Below are positions 38,263-47,396 of a stretch of 58,510 nucleotides of DNA, in pieces (position 1 is the stretch's first letter; each line of letters starts with the position of its first letter). Below the pieces are notes generated by a model, which was not told the origin of the DNA, made no database searches, and saw only the letters and a list, made by a program, of their open reading frames with translations. The stretch comes from an uncultured Methanosarcinales archaeon (GTDB lineage: Archaea > Nanobdellota > Nanobdellia > Woesearchaeales > CAYMBN01): positions 1-58,510 of the forward strand of contig CAYMBN010000008.1 in NCBI GenBank assembly GCA_964388715.1. The letters run 5' to 3'. The position numbers and the translations under genes are program-made.

Positions 38263-39339
38263 ATGCATTCAGAAGCACATTTTAATTGGTTGAAAAGCGC
38301 TGGCTTGTACAATCTTGCACAGTCAACAAAATATTTTTTTAGAAGAGTTCTTCTAGATTGTCTCAATGCAAAACCTGGTGAAGAAATTCTTATTATTGGT
38401 GACAGAGGTAACTTTGGCCAACACATTGCAGGAGTCATGAGTGGAGCATATTACTTTGCAGCTAAAGACCTAAAACTAAAACCAACATTAATCACACAAA
38501 AAATAAAAACACCAGGTGATCCTGCAAGTGATCTTGTTGTAAAAGCATTATCAGAATTAAAACAAGGAAACCTTATTGTTCTTAATCTATCAAACAAGCT
38601 CGGTAGTATAAAAGAAATCTGTAAAAGTTACAGAACATTTGCCAGAGAAAATAAACACAGATTCCTTTCTTCACCAAGCCTTGGAATGCTTGACACACAT
38701 TATTACCAATTCCTAATCGAAGCCATCAATGTTGACTATGTCGCAATGCAAGAAAAAGCAAGAAAAATCAAAAAAATCCTTGATAAAGCAGAAATAATAA
38801 CTATAAAAACAAGAAAAGGCACAAATCTTGTTTATGATGTAGAAGGAATGAAAGCAATTGCTAACGATGGTGATTTCAGAGAACCAGGCACAGGAGGTAA
38901 TTTGCCTGTTGGTGAAGTATACATTCCACCGCGAGGCAAAACAAATGTAAACGGAACAGTAGTTATTGACGGTTCAATAAGATGCAAAAAGTGTACTCTT
39001 TTAATCAAAGATCCTGTTAAATTAATTGTAAAGGATGGAGATGTCATAGAAATCCAAGGAAAAAAAGAAGCAAAACTTTTACAACAATCAATTGATGAAG
39101 CAAAAGCAAGAGCAAAATTTCCAAAAAACGTTGCAAAACTTTCAGAACTTGGAATTGGAATTAATCCAAGATCAAAAATAGTTGGCGCAACAATTTTAGA
39201 CGAAAAAGCACATCTTACAGCACATGTTGCAATAGGTTCAAATGCATGGTTTGGTGGTGCAAACAAAACATTAATACACCTTGACCAAGTATTCAAAGAT
39301 CCAATCATAATAGTAGACGGAAAAAGACTCAGAGTCTAA
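38263..39339 (+). CDS. M29-like (AmpS/aminopeptidase T) leucyl aminopeptidase
   Basis: GGNLPVGEVY, GTVVIDGS, SELGIGINP, ILDEK, HVAIGSN, IHLD. Confidence 0.88.
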   Translation: MHSEAHFNWLKSAGLYNLAQSTKYFFRRVLLDCLNAKPGEEILIIGDRGNFGQHIAGVMSGAYYFAAKDLKLKPTLITQKIKTPGDPASDLVVKALSELKQGNLIVLNLSNKLGSIKEICKSYRTFARENKHRFLSSPSLGMLDTHYYQFLIEAINVDYVAMQEKARKIKKILDKAEIITIKTRKGTNLVYDVEGMKAIANDGDFREPGTGGNLPVGEVYIPPRGKTNVNGTVVIDGSIRCKKCTLLIKDPVKLIVKDGDVIEIQGKKEAKLLQQSIDEAKARAKFPKNVAKLSELGIGINPRSKIVGATILDEKAHLTAHVAIGSNAWFGGANKTLIHLDQVFKDPIIIVDGKRLRV

Positions 39340-40372
39340 ACACTTTCTTTGCATTTCTTTCTAAAACCTTTTTTCCAATATCTAAGTTCAATGCTTCCTC
39401 AGCCAACTTAATTATTTTAAGAACAAAATAAAGATTATAATCATAAGCATAAAGATCTTTTACCTCTTCCAACTTTCCATTTAATATTCTTCTAAGATTC
39501 TTTGCAACAATTTGTTCATCAGGTCTATAATCTTTAATTTTTGGTGTAAAGCAGAAAGGATAATCACTCCCATACAATACTTTATCCTCTCCCATTACCT
39601 CTAAAGCAGCTTGAATCATTCTTTTATCTAAAACCATTGCAGTATCAAGATGAATATTCTTAGTATCAGCTATTTTTTTAAAATCCTTGACAAAGATTTT
39701 ATTTGAACTCTTTAATGAACTTTCATAATCCTGTTTTTCAATAAGAAAACCAAAATGATTATAAGTCATATGCGGTAAAATAATGTTAATATTACTATAA
39801 TTCTGATCAATCTCAAGCAATCTTTCAACATCTTCTTCACATAATCCATGTGACAATTCAAGATTCATAGCAAACTTATTCCTATCAACAAACTCCAAAA
39901 CCTCTTCTTTCAAAGTATCTACAACAAAAACCTCATTTTTAGGTTTTTCAGGAGTCATCCTTGGATGAAACTTAATCCCGTGAAATTTAACTCTATTCTT
40001 TTTAGCAACTTCCATGGTTTTCTCCAAATCTTCAACCTTTTTTGAACCATACATAACTCCAATCAAACCTTTTTTCATCTCTTTAATCATTAATTTATTA
40101 TTCCATTTGTTAGGTTCAATACCTTCAAACCTTAGTGGTAATGGGAATCCAACTAATTTAATATCTCTCCCAGGAAAAATCCTATCAAAAACATTTAACT
40201 TTGCACTAAGAATCCGATCATGAAGAATATTATATGTCAAAGGAAACCTTGGTAAATGAACCTCTTTAATATCGTATTGTGTAGCAGTATGAGTATGACA
40301 ATCAATAATCTTTTCAGGCATCCATTCAAGAATCTCTTCTCTTAACTGATCATAATCTTCTTTCTTTAACAT
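39329..40372 (-). CDS. Amidohydrolase-family (TIM barrel) protein
   Basis: IIDCHTH, GIKFHP, IILPH, VLYGSDYPF, NAKKVF. Confidence 0.85.
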   Translation of the reverse strand: MLKKEDYDQLREEILEWMPEKIIDCHTHTATQYDIKEVHLPRFPLTYNILHDRILSAKLNVFDRIFPGRDIKLVGFPLPLRFEGIEPNKWNNKLMIKEMKKGLIGVMYGSKKVEDLEKTMEVAKKNRVKFHGIKFHPRMTPEKPKNEVFVVDTLKEEVLEFVDRNKFAMNLELSHGLCEEDVERLLEIDQNYSNINIILPHMTYNHFGFLIEKQDYESSLKSSNKIFVKDFKKIADTKNIHLDTAMVLDKRMIQAALEVMGEDKVLYGSDYPFCFTPKIKDYRPDEQIVAKNLRRILNGKLEEVKDLYAYDYNLYFVLKIIKLAEEALNLDIGKKVLERNAKKVFRL

Positions 40373-40425
40373 AAAACAAGAAGTAGTTATTGATGTTTTT
40401 ATAGTTTACTAATAAAAAATATACA

Positions 40426-40546
40426 TGCATAGTGCCTGTGCCACTTTTTTATAAAAAACAATTATTCGGTTCGTAAGACAATGATATCAAAAACCTTAAT
40501 CAAAAAAAGCAGGTTTTTGTGTTTTTTATAGGCATGGCACTATGCA
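40426..40546. mobile_element. MITE-like element, copy 2 (11-bp terminal inverted repeats)
   Basis: TGCATAGTGCC...GGCACTATGCA; body homologous to 13611-13788 without the nested insert. Confidence 0.7.
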
Positions 40547-40595
40547 CACATGAAAAACCACAACTCTTAAAAACTTCAAAACAATTCTCAATAGT

Positions 40596-40934
40596 ATGAA
40601 ACAAGTTATCTTAATCAGACAAGACCTAAAACTTCCAAAAGGTAAACTTGCTGTTCAAGTTGCACATGCATCAGTTGAAGCAACACTCAGATCTAGTTTT
40701 TTCAAAAGAAAAAAATGGCGTTTCCAAGGAATGAAAAAAATAGTTCTCAAAGTTAAAGATAAAAAAGAACTTTTCAAATACAAACAAGATGCAGAACAAC
40801 TTAGTTTAACAACAGCAGTAATTACAGATGCAGGAAAAACAGTTGTTGCACCAGGCACAGTAACATGCATGGCAATTGGGCCAGACAAAGAAGAGTTAAT
40901 TGATAAAGTGACTGGAAAGTTAAGTATGCTCTAA
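40596..40934 (+). CDS. pth2: Peptidyl-tRNA hydrolase Pth2
   Basis: KQVILIRQDLKLPKGKLAVQVAHA, KKIVLK, ITDAGKT, TCMAIGP. Confidence 0.95.
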   Translation: MKQVILIRQDLKLPKGKLAVQVAHASVEATLRSSFFKRKKWRFQGMKKIVLKVKDKKELFKYKQDAEQLSLTTAVITDAGKTVVAPGTVTCMAIGPDKEELIDKVTGKLSML

Positions 40935-41026
40935 ATAAACGTTAAGTTTTAGGAAACAAAGTTTCCTAAATCGTTTCGACTTTGTCGAAAACTTTATAAA
41001 TTAAAATAAAAATCTTATTCTATAAT

Positions 41027-41151
41027 GGGCCTGTGGTCTAGTGGCTATGACAGTGCCCTTACATTCAGTCTGTTTTACTGATAAGTGAGGCATTGATCGC
41101 CGGTTCGAGTTGAGGCATGAAACTTGTTTCACGAAAGTCCGGCCGGGCCCA
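41027..41151 (+). tRNA. tRNA-Val(TAC) with two BHB introns (37/38: 41064-41087; 59/60: 41110-41137)
   Basis: Acceptor GGGCCTG/CGGGCCC-A, anticodon stem GTGCC/GGCAT, T stem GCCGG/CCGGC; both introns fold as BHB. Confidence 0.92.
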
Positions 41152-41191
41152 TCATCACAATGAGTTTTTTTATTTAACTCATCATATTCAT

Positions 41192-41290
41192 GCGGTGATA
41201 GTCTAATGGCTAGGATCGTACCCTGCCACGGTATGGATGCGGGTTCGAGTTGAAGCGAAAATTCGTTTCACGAAAGTCCCGCTCGCCGCA
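41192..41290 (+). tRNA. tRNA-Gly(GCC) with T-loop BHB intron (59/60: 41250-41276)
   Basis: Acceptor GCGGTGA/TCGCCGC-A, anticodon loop CT-GCC-AC, T stem GCGGG/CCCGC. Confidence 0.92.
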
Positions 41291-41292
41291 TT

Positions 41293-41415
41293 GGGCCTGT
41301 AGCTTAGTCTGGAGCTTTCCAGTAAAGCAGACAATTGGAGCGCTGCTCTTATATGACAGTGTTTCATACAATCTAAGTAAAGCAGTGGTCGTGAGTTCAA
41401 ATCTCATCAGGCCCA
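41293..41415 (+). tRNA. tRNA-Ile(TAT) with two BHB introns (D-loop: 41313-41334; 37/38: 41354-41379)
   Basis: Acceptor GGGCCTG/CAGGCCC-A, anticodon stem CTGCT/AGCAG, loop CT-TAT-A^A, T arm GTGAG-TTCAAAT-CTCAT. Confidence 0.88.
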
Positions 41416-41650
41416 CTTTTTTCTTTTATTGTAGTAGTTCGTTAGACTTTTGCGTAGCAAAATGTCTAACTTAAGTGGATTTTTGTTCAAACTTTTTTTT
41501 GAGCAAAGCTCAACAAAAAAGCTTGGTGGTAATCTCATCAGGCCCACTTTTTTCTTTTTTAATGAATTCGAACAAAGTGAGAATTCCAAATCTAGGAGGT
41601 CTCGGAACCTAAGGTTCTGAGGTGGTAATCAACTCAGACCCACTTTTTTT
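41400..41650 (+). repeat. Direct repeats of the tRNA-Ile 3' end separated by short palindromes
   Basis: AATCTCATCAGGCCCACTTTTTTCTTTT at 41400 and 41531; degenerate third copy near 41621-41650. Confidence 0.75.
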
Positions 41651-41659
41651 TAATTTCTT

Positions 41660-42025
41660 TTAGAAATAACTTAATCCATCAGGAGATTCATTCTTAGTAA
41701 TCTGTACCTGATATTCAGGATCATAAACTTGAATAATTTTATATTTCCCAGAAGTTGTATTACTTTCAGAATTAATTGTTTGCTCTAACATAATTATTTT
41801 ACCCCAATACAACCATTTTTCATCTATATTATGTACTAAGAAACATCTAGTTGGAGGAGTATGGTAAATCCTTGCTTTAGGTTTATCATGAAATTCAAAA
41901 ACTTTATCTTTAATATCCTTTAACAAAATAGGTTTTTTAATATGCTTTTTCAGATCTAACTCTTTTGGAAACCCTTGTTCTGTTGTAATTTGCAAAGTAT
42001 CGTTAATTTCTATAAAACTTCCCAT
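41660..42025 (-). CDS. Hypothetical protein
   Basis: MGSFIEINDTLQITTEQGFP...; globular composition, upstream TATA-like site. Confidence 0.75.
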   Translation of the reverse strand: MGSFIEINDTLQITTEQGFPKELDLKKHIKKPILLKDIKDKVFEFHDKPKARIYHTPPTRCFLVHNIDEKWLYWGKIIMLEQTINSESNTTSGKYKIIQVYDPEYQVQITKNESPDGLSYF

Positions 42026-42147
42026 ATAAATCAATTACTCTTGAAACTATATAAATTTTCTGTTCAAGCATGTTTTTTCACCACAACCTTTAAATATATC
42101 AAAACCCATATACTCTCTTGTAGAGATCATGTTGGGGGTGCAAAAAT

Positions 42148-42513
42148 ATGGATGAAGAAAAAGCACAAACAGAAGAACCTATAGCACAAGAACAACAACC
42201 TTCTCCAGGAGACACAGTTGAACTAGGTGGAAGTATACAATTAACAGGATTCCAGGAATTTGACGGCGGCACAATGATTGTTCTAAAAAAGATAATTGGT
42301 AATTATGCAAAAAAATACTCAGACATCTGTAAAAACTTTGAACAACTAAGCTTAAGAGTAAAACCAATCCACCAAGCAGAAGATAACAAGAAATTCCAAG
42401 TAGATGCAAAAGTTCTTAACAATGGAAAACCATTCAATTCCAATGTTACAGACAAGAATATATTCGTAGCAGTAGGTTCTGTATTAAAAAAAATAGAAAG
42501 CGAACTTAGTTAA
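42148..42513 (+). CDS. HPF/RaiA-like (ribosome hibernation fold) protein, tentative
   Basis: IQLTGF-helix-LSLRVK-FQVDAKV-FNSNVT-NIFVAVGSVLKKIESEL matches the beta-alpha-beta-beta-beta-alpha pattern of HPF. Confidence 0.5.
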   Translation: MDEEKAQTEEPIAQEQQPSPGDTVELGGSIQLTGFQEFDGGTMIVLKKIIGNYAKKYSDICKNFEQLSLRVKPIHQAEDNKKFQVDAKVLNNGKPFNSNVTDKNIFVAVGSVLKKIESELS

Positions 42514-42739
42514 CTTTTTGTTTTATTAGTATCATTTGCATTAATCTTTGCATTTTGAGCTCTTGCTTTAATTCTTCTATTTCTACCTTTAATTCGTTAA
42601 TTAACTCATAATTATGTTCAATATTCTGCAAATTGTCAGTCACAACAGAAGGAACATCCATAAAACTTGATACTTGGCACCTTATCTCCTTAACCCATGC
42701 ATCCACGTCTTCTCTGAACCTTACAAGCTCTTTTTCCAT
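42506..42739 (-). CDS. Small coiled-coil hypothetical protein
   Basis: GAGGT SD; heptad-rich C-terminus. Confidence 0.65.
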   Translation of the reverse strand: MEKELVRFREDVDAWVKEIRCQVSSFMDVPSVVTDNLQNIEHNYELINELKVEIEELKQELKMQRLMQMILIKQKVN

Positions 42740-42892
42740 AAAAATAACCTCTTTTTTGATACTAGTATACAATATTATATACTAACATATATATAAATGT
42801 TTCGAAAATGAGTCATTTCACAAAAGTAGCAAAAACTAAACCACAACTTATATAAATCAAACCCTTTATTTTATTGCTAAAGGTGATTAATT

Positions 42893-43084
42893 ATGCCACA
42901 TCCAGTTATTGATGCAAAATGTAAAGGAAACGAAAAATGCTTACTAGATGCATTAGATGTATGTCCAACACAGGTTTTTGCAAAAGAAGGAGACAAAGTA
43001 ATTGTCAAAAACCCTAAAGAATGTATTGGCTGTAGAGCATGTGAAACACAGTGCGAACATGGTGAAATAAAGGTAATTGACTAA
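42893..43084 (+). CDS. 4Fe-4S ferredoxin
   Basis: CIGCRACETQC plus VCP; first cluster motif degenerate. Confidence 0.9.
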   Translation: MPHPVIDAKCKGNEKCLLDALDVCPTQVFAKEGDKVIVKNPKECIGCRACETQCEHGEIKVID

Positions 43085-43085
43085 A

Positions 43086-43289
43086 ATGCCTAAAATAACA
43101 AAAACCATGAATATTGGTGAAATTGCTTCTAAATACCCAGAAACACTAGAAGTCTTTGCAAAGCACGGCTTACATTGCATAGGTTGCGCAGTAGCACATT
43201 TTGAAACACTTGAACAAGGAGCACAAGCACATGGCATTGATGCAGATAAATTAGTTAAAGACTTAAACAAAGCACTTGATAAGAAATAA
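43086..43289 (+). CDS. DUF1858 / hybrid-cluster-associated redox disulfide protein
   Basis: ITKTMNIGEI..KYPE..EVF..HGLHCIGC.VA.FETLEQGAQAHGID. Confidence 0.9.
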   Translation: MPKITKTMNIGEIASKYPETLEVFAKHGLHCIGCAVAHFETLEQGAQAHGIDADKLVKDLNKALDKK

Positions 43290-43291
43290 TC

Positions 43292-44044
43292 TTATTCTTC
43301 ACTATCACTTTCTTCACTATCTTCTTCATTAATCATCTCTTCAATCTCTTCTTCACTCATACCTTTTTCAATCATTGCAGCAATCGCAGCCACTTTTTCT
43401 CCATAATTAATATGTGCTATCCCAGCACGATGTTTAGCATGTTCTGCCATCTTAAGATACTTCTCTTTTTTAACAGGATCTTTTTCATCACGAGCCATCA
43501 TACTATAAATTCTTGCAGCAAACTGTTCTAGAGCCCTTTCTCCTCCTATTGCTCCTGAAAAACCAAAGTAAAGGTGAAGATTTTCATGATTGATTACAGA
43601 TTCTAATTGTGCATCAGATGATAATCCGAATTTTCTTCCAATATCTTTTTTTGCTTTTTCATAAAATTTTTTACTAAAATATAATATTTCATGACCCGTA
43701 TGTATAGCAGCCATTCCTTTTCCACTTGGGTCTGTTTTATCTAGAACAGCAATTTGTTTAATTGTTTTTTTCCCAGGATTGGCTAATTTACTAGCATATT
43801 TAAGGAACTTTTCACCTTCTTCTTGCATATGTGAGTCATAGAATGATTCAAAATGTTTTAAACTTGATACATAATCATCAATTTCATTAATTTTTGAAAA
43901 TATTTTTACTTCATTACTTTCTCTATCTTTTACAATTCCATAATTAGTTTTAAGCTTAGCACTACTATGATCTTTATAACAAACTACATTATCTATTGTG
44001 TTATACATTACATTCTGCATTTTACCAATGTCATCTAAACACAA
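43292..44044 (-). CDS. Hypothetical protein with HExxH motif
   Basis: VINHENLH followed by E(RALE); acidic tail; start codon uncertain. Confidence 0.6.
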   Translation of the reverse strand: MCLDDIGKMQNVMYNTIDNVVCYKDHSSAKLKTNYGIVKDRESNEVKIFSKINEIDDYVSSLKHFESFYDSHMQEEGEKFLKYASKLANPGKKTIKQIAVLDKTDPSGKGMAAIHTGHEILYFSKKFYEKAKKDIGRKFGLSSDAQLESVINHENLHLYFGFSGAIGGERALEQFAARIYSMMARDEKDPVKKEKYLKMAEHAKHRAGIAHINYGEKVAAIAAMIEKGMSEEEIEEMINEEDSEESDSEE

Positions 44045-44061
44045 TAAAAAGAATAAAAAAA

Positions 44062-44733
44062 TTATCTTTTAACTCTGTATCTTGATTTTGCTGAATCATA
44101 TTCTTGTGCATTAGAAACAAGTCTACCTGCAACATCATCATAACCTTCAAGATCAGCTAATTTTACATCTGGATTTATTGCACCTATTAATTTTTTAGTA
44201 AATTTCTCAAGTGTATCTTTATTTTTATGGAATGGATCTCCTTTATTTAATCCTTGAGCAACAAGATTTACATCATTTCCAGATCTTCTTAAACCAAGGC
44301 TATCAAAGAAATCCTCTTTTAGAGCTTCATCACTATAATCAGTAAGCCTTTCAAGATGTTTACGGATATCTGTTTCATGGTTATATAACCCATGTCTTCT
44401 TAATTCCAACCTTAATAGGTCATCTGAATCTTCTGCACCAGGATCAATATTAAACATTTCTTTTAAAACTTTCTTAGTAATTTCATATAATCTTTGATGG
44501 TGTTCTTTACTAGGTGTTGCTTCATCACTATCCTCATCTCTTTTTAATGTTTTATAAAGAGGGTCTCTCTTAAATTCAGCCATAATTTTTTCTTCAAGTT
44601 CTTTTGAGTATTTCTTTTTTCTTGCTCTAAAACCAACATATTGTTTATGAATTCTTTTGAATATAGGTAAATATTCAGAATTTCCAAATTCTTTCTCAAG
44701 ATCTTCCTTTAATTTCCTAAGGCGCATATTCAT
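44062..44733 (-). CDS. Hypothetical protein
   Basis: 223-aa charged helical ORF with GGTGA SD. Confidence 0.65.
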   Translation of the reverse strand: MNMRLRKLKEDLEKEFGNSEYLPIFKRIHKQYVGFRARKKKYSKELEEKIMAEFKRDPLYKTLKRDEDSDEATPSKEHHQRLYEITKKVLKEMFNIDPGAEDSDDLLRLELRRHGLYNHETDIRKHLERLTDYSDEALKEDFFDSLGLRRSGNDVNLVAQGLNKGDPFHKNKDTLEKFTKKLIGAINPDVKLADLEGYDDVAGRLVSNAQEYDSAKSRYRVKR

Positions 44734-45012
44734 TATAAATCACCTAATATATTTTATTTATCATATCCTTATAAATTTTTTGGTTTTTCATTATGTAATG
44801 ACGACTATGTCATCAAAAGTATGTTATGTAACACCTATATTTAAACACTACTATCCAACACAACATATAACTGAGACAAAAATGTCATATATCACTGACT
44901 TTTTTGTCACACACTTATATCCTTAACCCAAATAATCTTTATATACTCAGTGCTGTTACTAATTAAAAGATGATATTTTAAACTATATGTTAAAGGATAT
45001 AGGTGATGATAA

Positions 45013-46851
45013 ATGGCAAAAAAGAACTCAAAAAAACCAAAACAAGATGATGCAATGAAAAAAGCAGAGCAAGCTGCTCTTGCAAAATTACCAAAAGAAG
45101 CTCAGGAAAAACTAAAAGCAATCAAAACAAAAATAGAAAAATTCCAAAAACAAATTGTAAGTAAGTTTGGAAAATATATTATGGGCGTATCCCTACTTCC
45201 ACCACCAAAACCACAAGAAGGTAAAGAAGTAGACAAAGACAAAATTAATGTTTTAGTTTTAATCGACGACTCTGATTCTAAAAAAATGTCAAAACTTGAA
45301 CTCAAAGATAAATTAACATTGATCATAAAAAAACAAGCAGAAGAAATCGACAAAAACTTCCAAGCACAAATAGTTATTCTTTCAGAACTATGGCAATCAT
45401 GCTATGATGGAAAACATGAACTATTACAATTAATTGCATTAGGTGCACCTGTTTTTGATACAGGTATGTTACAAGCAGTCAAGATTGCAGAAATCCATAA
45501 AACAATGATTCTGAAAAAGTTCGAAAAATACATTGTCTCATACGTTCTTGCAGGATCATTAGTTCAAGGAAAAGCAACAAAATCTTCTGACATCGACGTT
45601 TGGGTTGTAATTGACGACACAGATGTCAAAAAAATGACTCGTGCAGAATTAAAAGATAAATTAAGAGCAATCATAATTGGCATGGGTATTGAAGCAGGAG
45701 AAATGACAGGTATCAAAAACAAACTTAACATACAAGTATATATCCTGACAGACTTCTGGGATTCATTAAAAGAAGCAAATCCAATAATCTTTACATTATT
45801 AAGAGATGGTGTACCATTCTTTGATAGAGGTATTTTCATGCCTTGGAAACAATTACTAAAGATGGGCAAGATCAAACCAAGTGCAGAAGCAATTGACATG
45901 TTCATGCACTCAGGAGAACAAATGTTAAAAAGAGTACACATGAAAATAAAAGACATTGGGATGGAAGATACATTCTATGCAATCCTTACACCATCACAAG
46001 CAGCTCTGATGATGTACGGTGTTCCACCACCAACTCCAAAAGAAACTCCAACATTAATGAGAGAAATCTTTGTCAAAAAAGAAAAATTACTCGAAGCAAA
46101 ATTCGTTGACATTCTTGAACAAAATATTCAAGTTAGAAAAGAACTTGAACATGGAATGAGAAAAGATGTTACCGGTAAAGAAATTGACGAACTTTTAGGC
46201 AACGCAGAAAAATATTTGAAAAGAATCAAAAGATTATTCACACAAATTGAAAAGATAAAAGAAGAAGAATCAATGCTTAGCGTATATGAATCAATTGTAA
46301 CAATAATCAGAGATGTTATGAGACTTGAAGGTGTTGAAAGAATCAGTGATAAAGAAATGGTCAAGACATTTGAAAACGAAATGGTTGCTTTAGGTAAAAT
46401 CCCTGAAAAATACCTAAGAATGTTAAAGAAAGTTATCAAAGCAAAAGACGACTATGACAACAAAAAACTTACTAAAAACGAAGTTGAAGATGTAAGAAAG
46501 GATTCAAACCAATTCATCAGATTCATGGTTGAATATATCCAACGTAAACGTGGCAGAGAACTAGAAAGAGCAAAGATAAGAGTTAAACATGGTAATAGAT
46601 ACGGAGAAGTTCTTCTTCTCGGCAAAGAAGCATTCATAATTCATGACATTGATCATGAAGAAAAAGAAGTAAGCCATGCAAAGATAAATGATGACGGATC
46701 TTTCACAGGTATAAAAAGAACAAATCTCGAAGAAATGGAAAAAGCATTAGTAAAACACCAAATAATGCCAAAAACATTCATCAAAGAAAAAGTCTTCGAA
46801 CACTTAAAAGAAATCTTTGGCAAAGACGTTGAGATCCTCATAAATTATTAG
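45013..46851 (+). CDS. Tandem nucleotidyltransferase (MNT-like) plus helical HEPN-like domain protein
   Basis: Intact NTase motif LAGSLVQGKATKSSDIDVWVVIDD, preceded by a degenerate copy (INVLVLIDDSD); helical C-terminal bundles. Confidence 0.8.
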   Translation: MAKKNSKKPKQDDAMKKAEQAALAKLPKEAQEKLKAIKTKIEKFQKQIVSKFGKYIMGVSLLPPPKPQEGKEVDKDKINVLVLIDDSDSKKMSKLELKDKLTLIIKKQAEEIDKNFQAQIVILSELWQSCYDGKHELLQLIALGAPVFDTGMLQAVKIAEIHKTMILKKFEKYIVSYVLAGSLVQGKATKSSDIDVWVVIDDTDVKKMTRAELKDKLRAIIIGMGIEAGEMTGIKNKLNIQVYILTDFWDSLKEANPIIFTLLRDGVPFFDRGIFMPWKQLLKMGKIKPSAEAIDMFMHSGEQMLKRVHMKIKDIGMEDTFYAILTPSQAALMMYGVPPPTPKETPTLMREIFVKKEKLLEAKFVDILEQNIQVRKELEHGMRKDVTGKEIDELLGNAEKYLKRIKRLFTQIEKIKEEESMLSVYESIVTIIRDVMRLEGVERISDKEMVKTFENEMVALGKIPEKYLRMLKKVIKAKDDYDNKKLTKNEVEDVRKDSNQFIRFMVEYIQRKRGRELERAKIRVKHGNRYGEVLLLGKEAFIIHDIDHEEKEVSHAKINDDGSFTGIKRTNLEEMEKALVKHQIMPKTFIKEKVFEHLKEIFGKDVEILINY

Positions 46852-46987
46852 TATAATTTATGGGACCCATTTGCTGGGTTTTAATCAATTATTAATCTTT
46901 TTTATCTTTTTTCTATATATTTTTTCAATAACTTTATAAATAAATTCTATTTTTTAGAGTTATAATAATTATTATGGGGTAATCAAA

Positions 46988-47383
46988 ATGGAAGACTCTA
47001 AAAATATATGTGATTATTGTGGTATTGAATTTGAAGAAAAAGATCTTGTCCTTGTTAGAGGAGACAGGAAGTTATACCATGCTCGTATGGGACTAGTAAA
47101 TGAAACACTTTTTCCAAGTTGTGCAGGAAAACAATCCAAAGAAGAAGGTGGAGAACCAATTAATGCAGACAATTTTTATATTTATGTTGGTGATGGTAAA
47201 TACTCAAGAAACTTAAAAGATTTAGAACCATTAAGATTTCTAGATGCAATAAGAAAAGCAACCATAAGGGAAGCAGAGAGAGCAGTAGAAAAATTAGGAA
47301 AAATTACACCTGAACATGTTGGTTTTGATCCAAAACCTTATGGAGATCAAGTTATGTTTTATAGGATGGTAATCGCTTTATAA
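46988..47383 (+). CDS. Hypothetical protein (N-terminal CxxC)
   Basis: CDYC...YH...C; GGGGT SD. Confidence 0.6.
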   Translation: MEDSKNICDYCGIEFEEKDLVLVRGDRKLYHARMGLVNETLFPSCAGKQSKEEGGEPINADNFYIYVGDGKYSRNLKDLEPLRFLDAIRKATIREAERAVEKLGKITPEHVGFDPKPYGDQVMFYRMVIAL

Positions 47384-47396
47384 TTTTTTTAATTTT

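Noticed and set aside
41203..41589. Short ORFs overlapping the tRNA cluster
   Set aside because: Fully explained by the tRNA genes and the repeats.
41400..41650. Provirus/integrated island or CRISPR array
   Set aside because: The repeats enclose only ~100 bp, there is no integrase or cas gene, and the spacing is not CRISPR-like.
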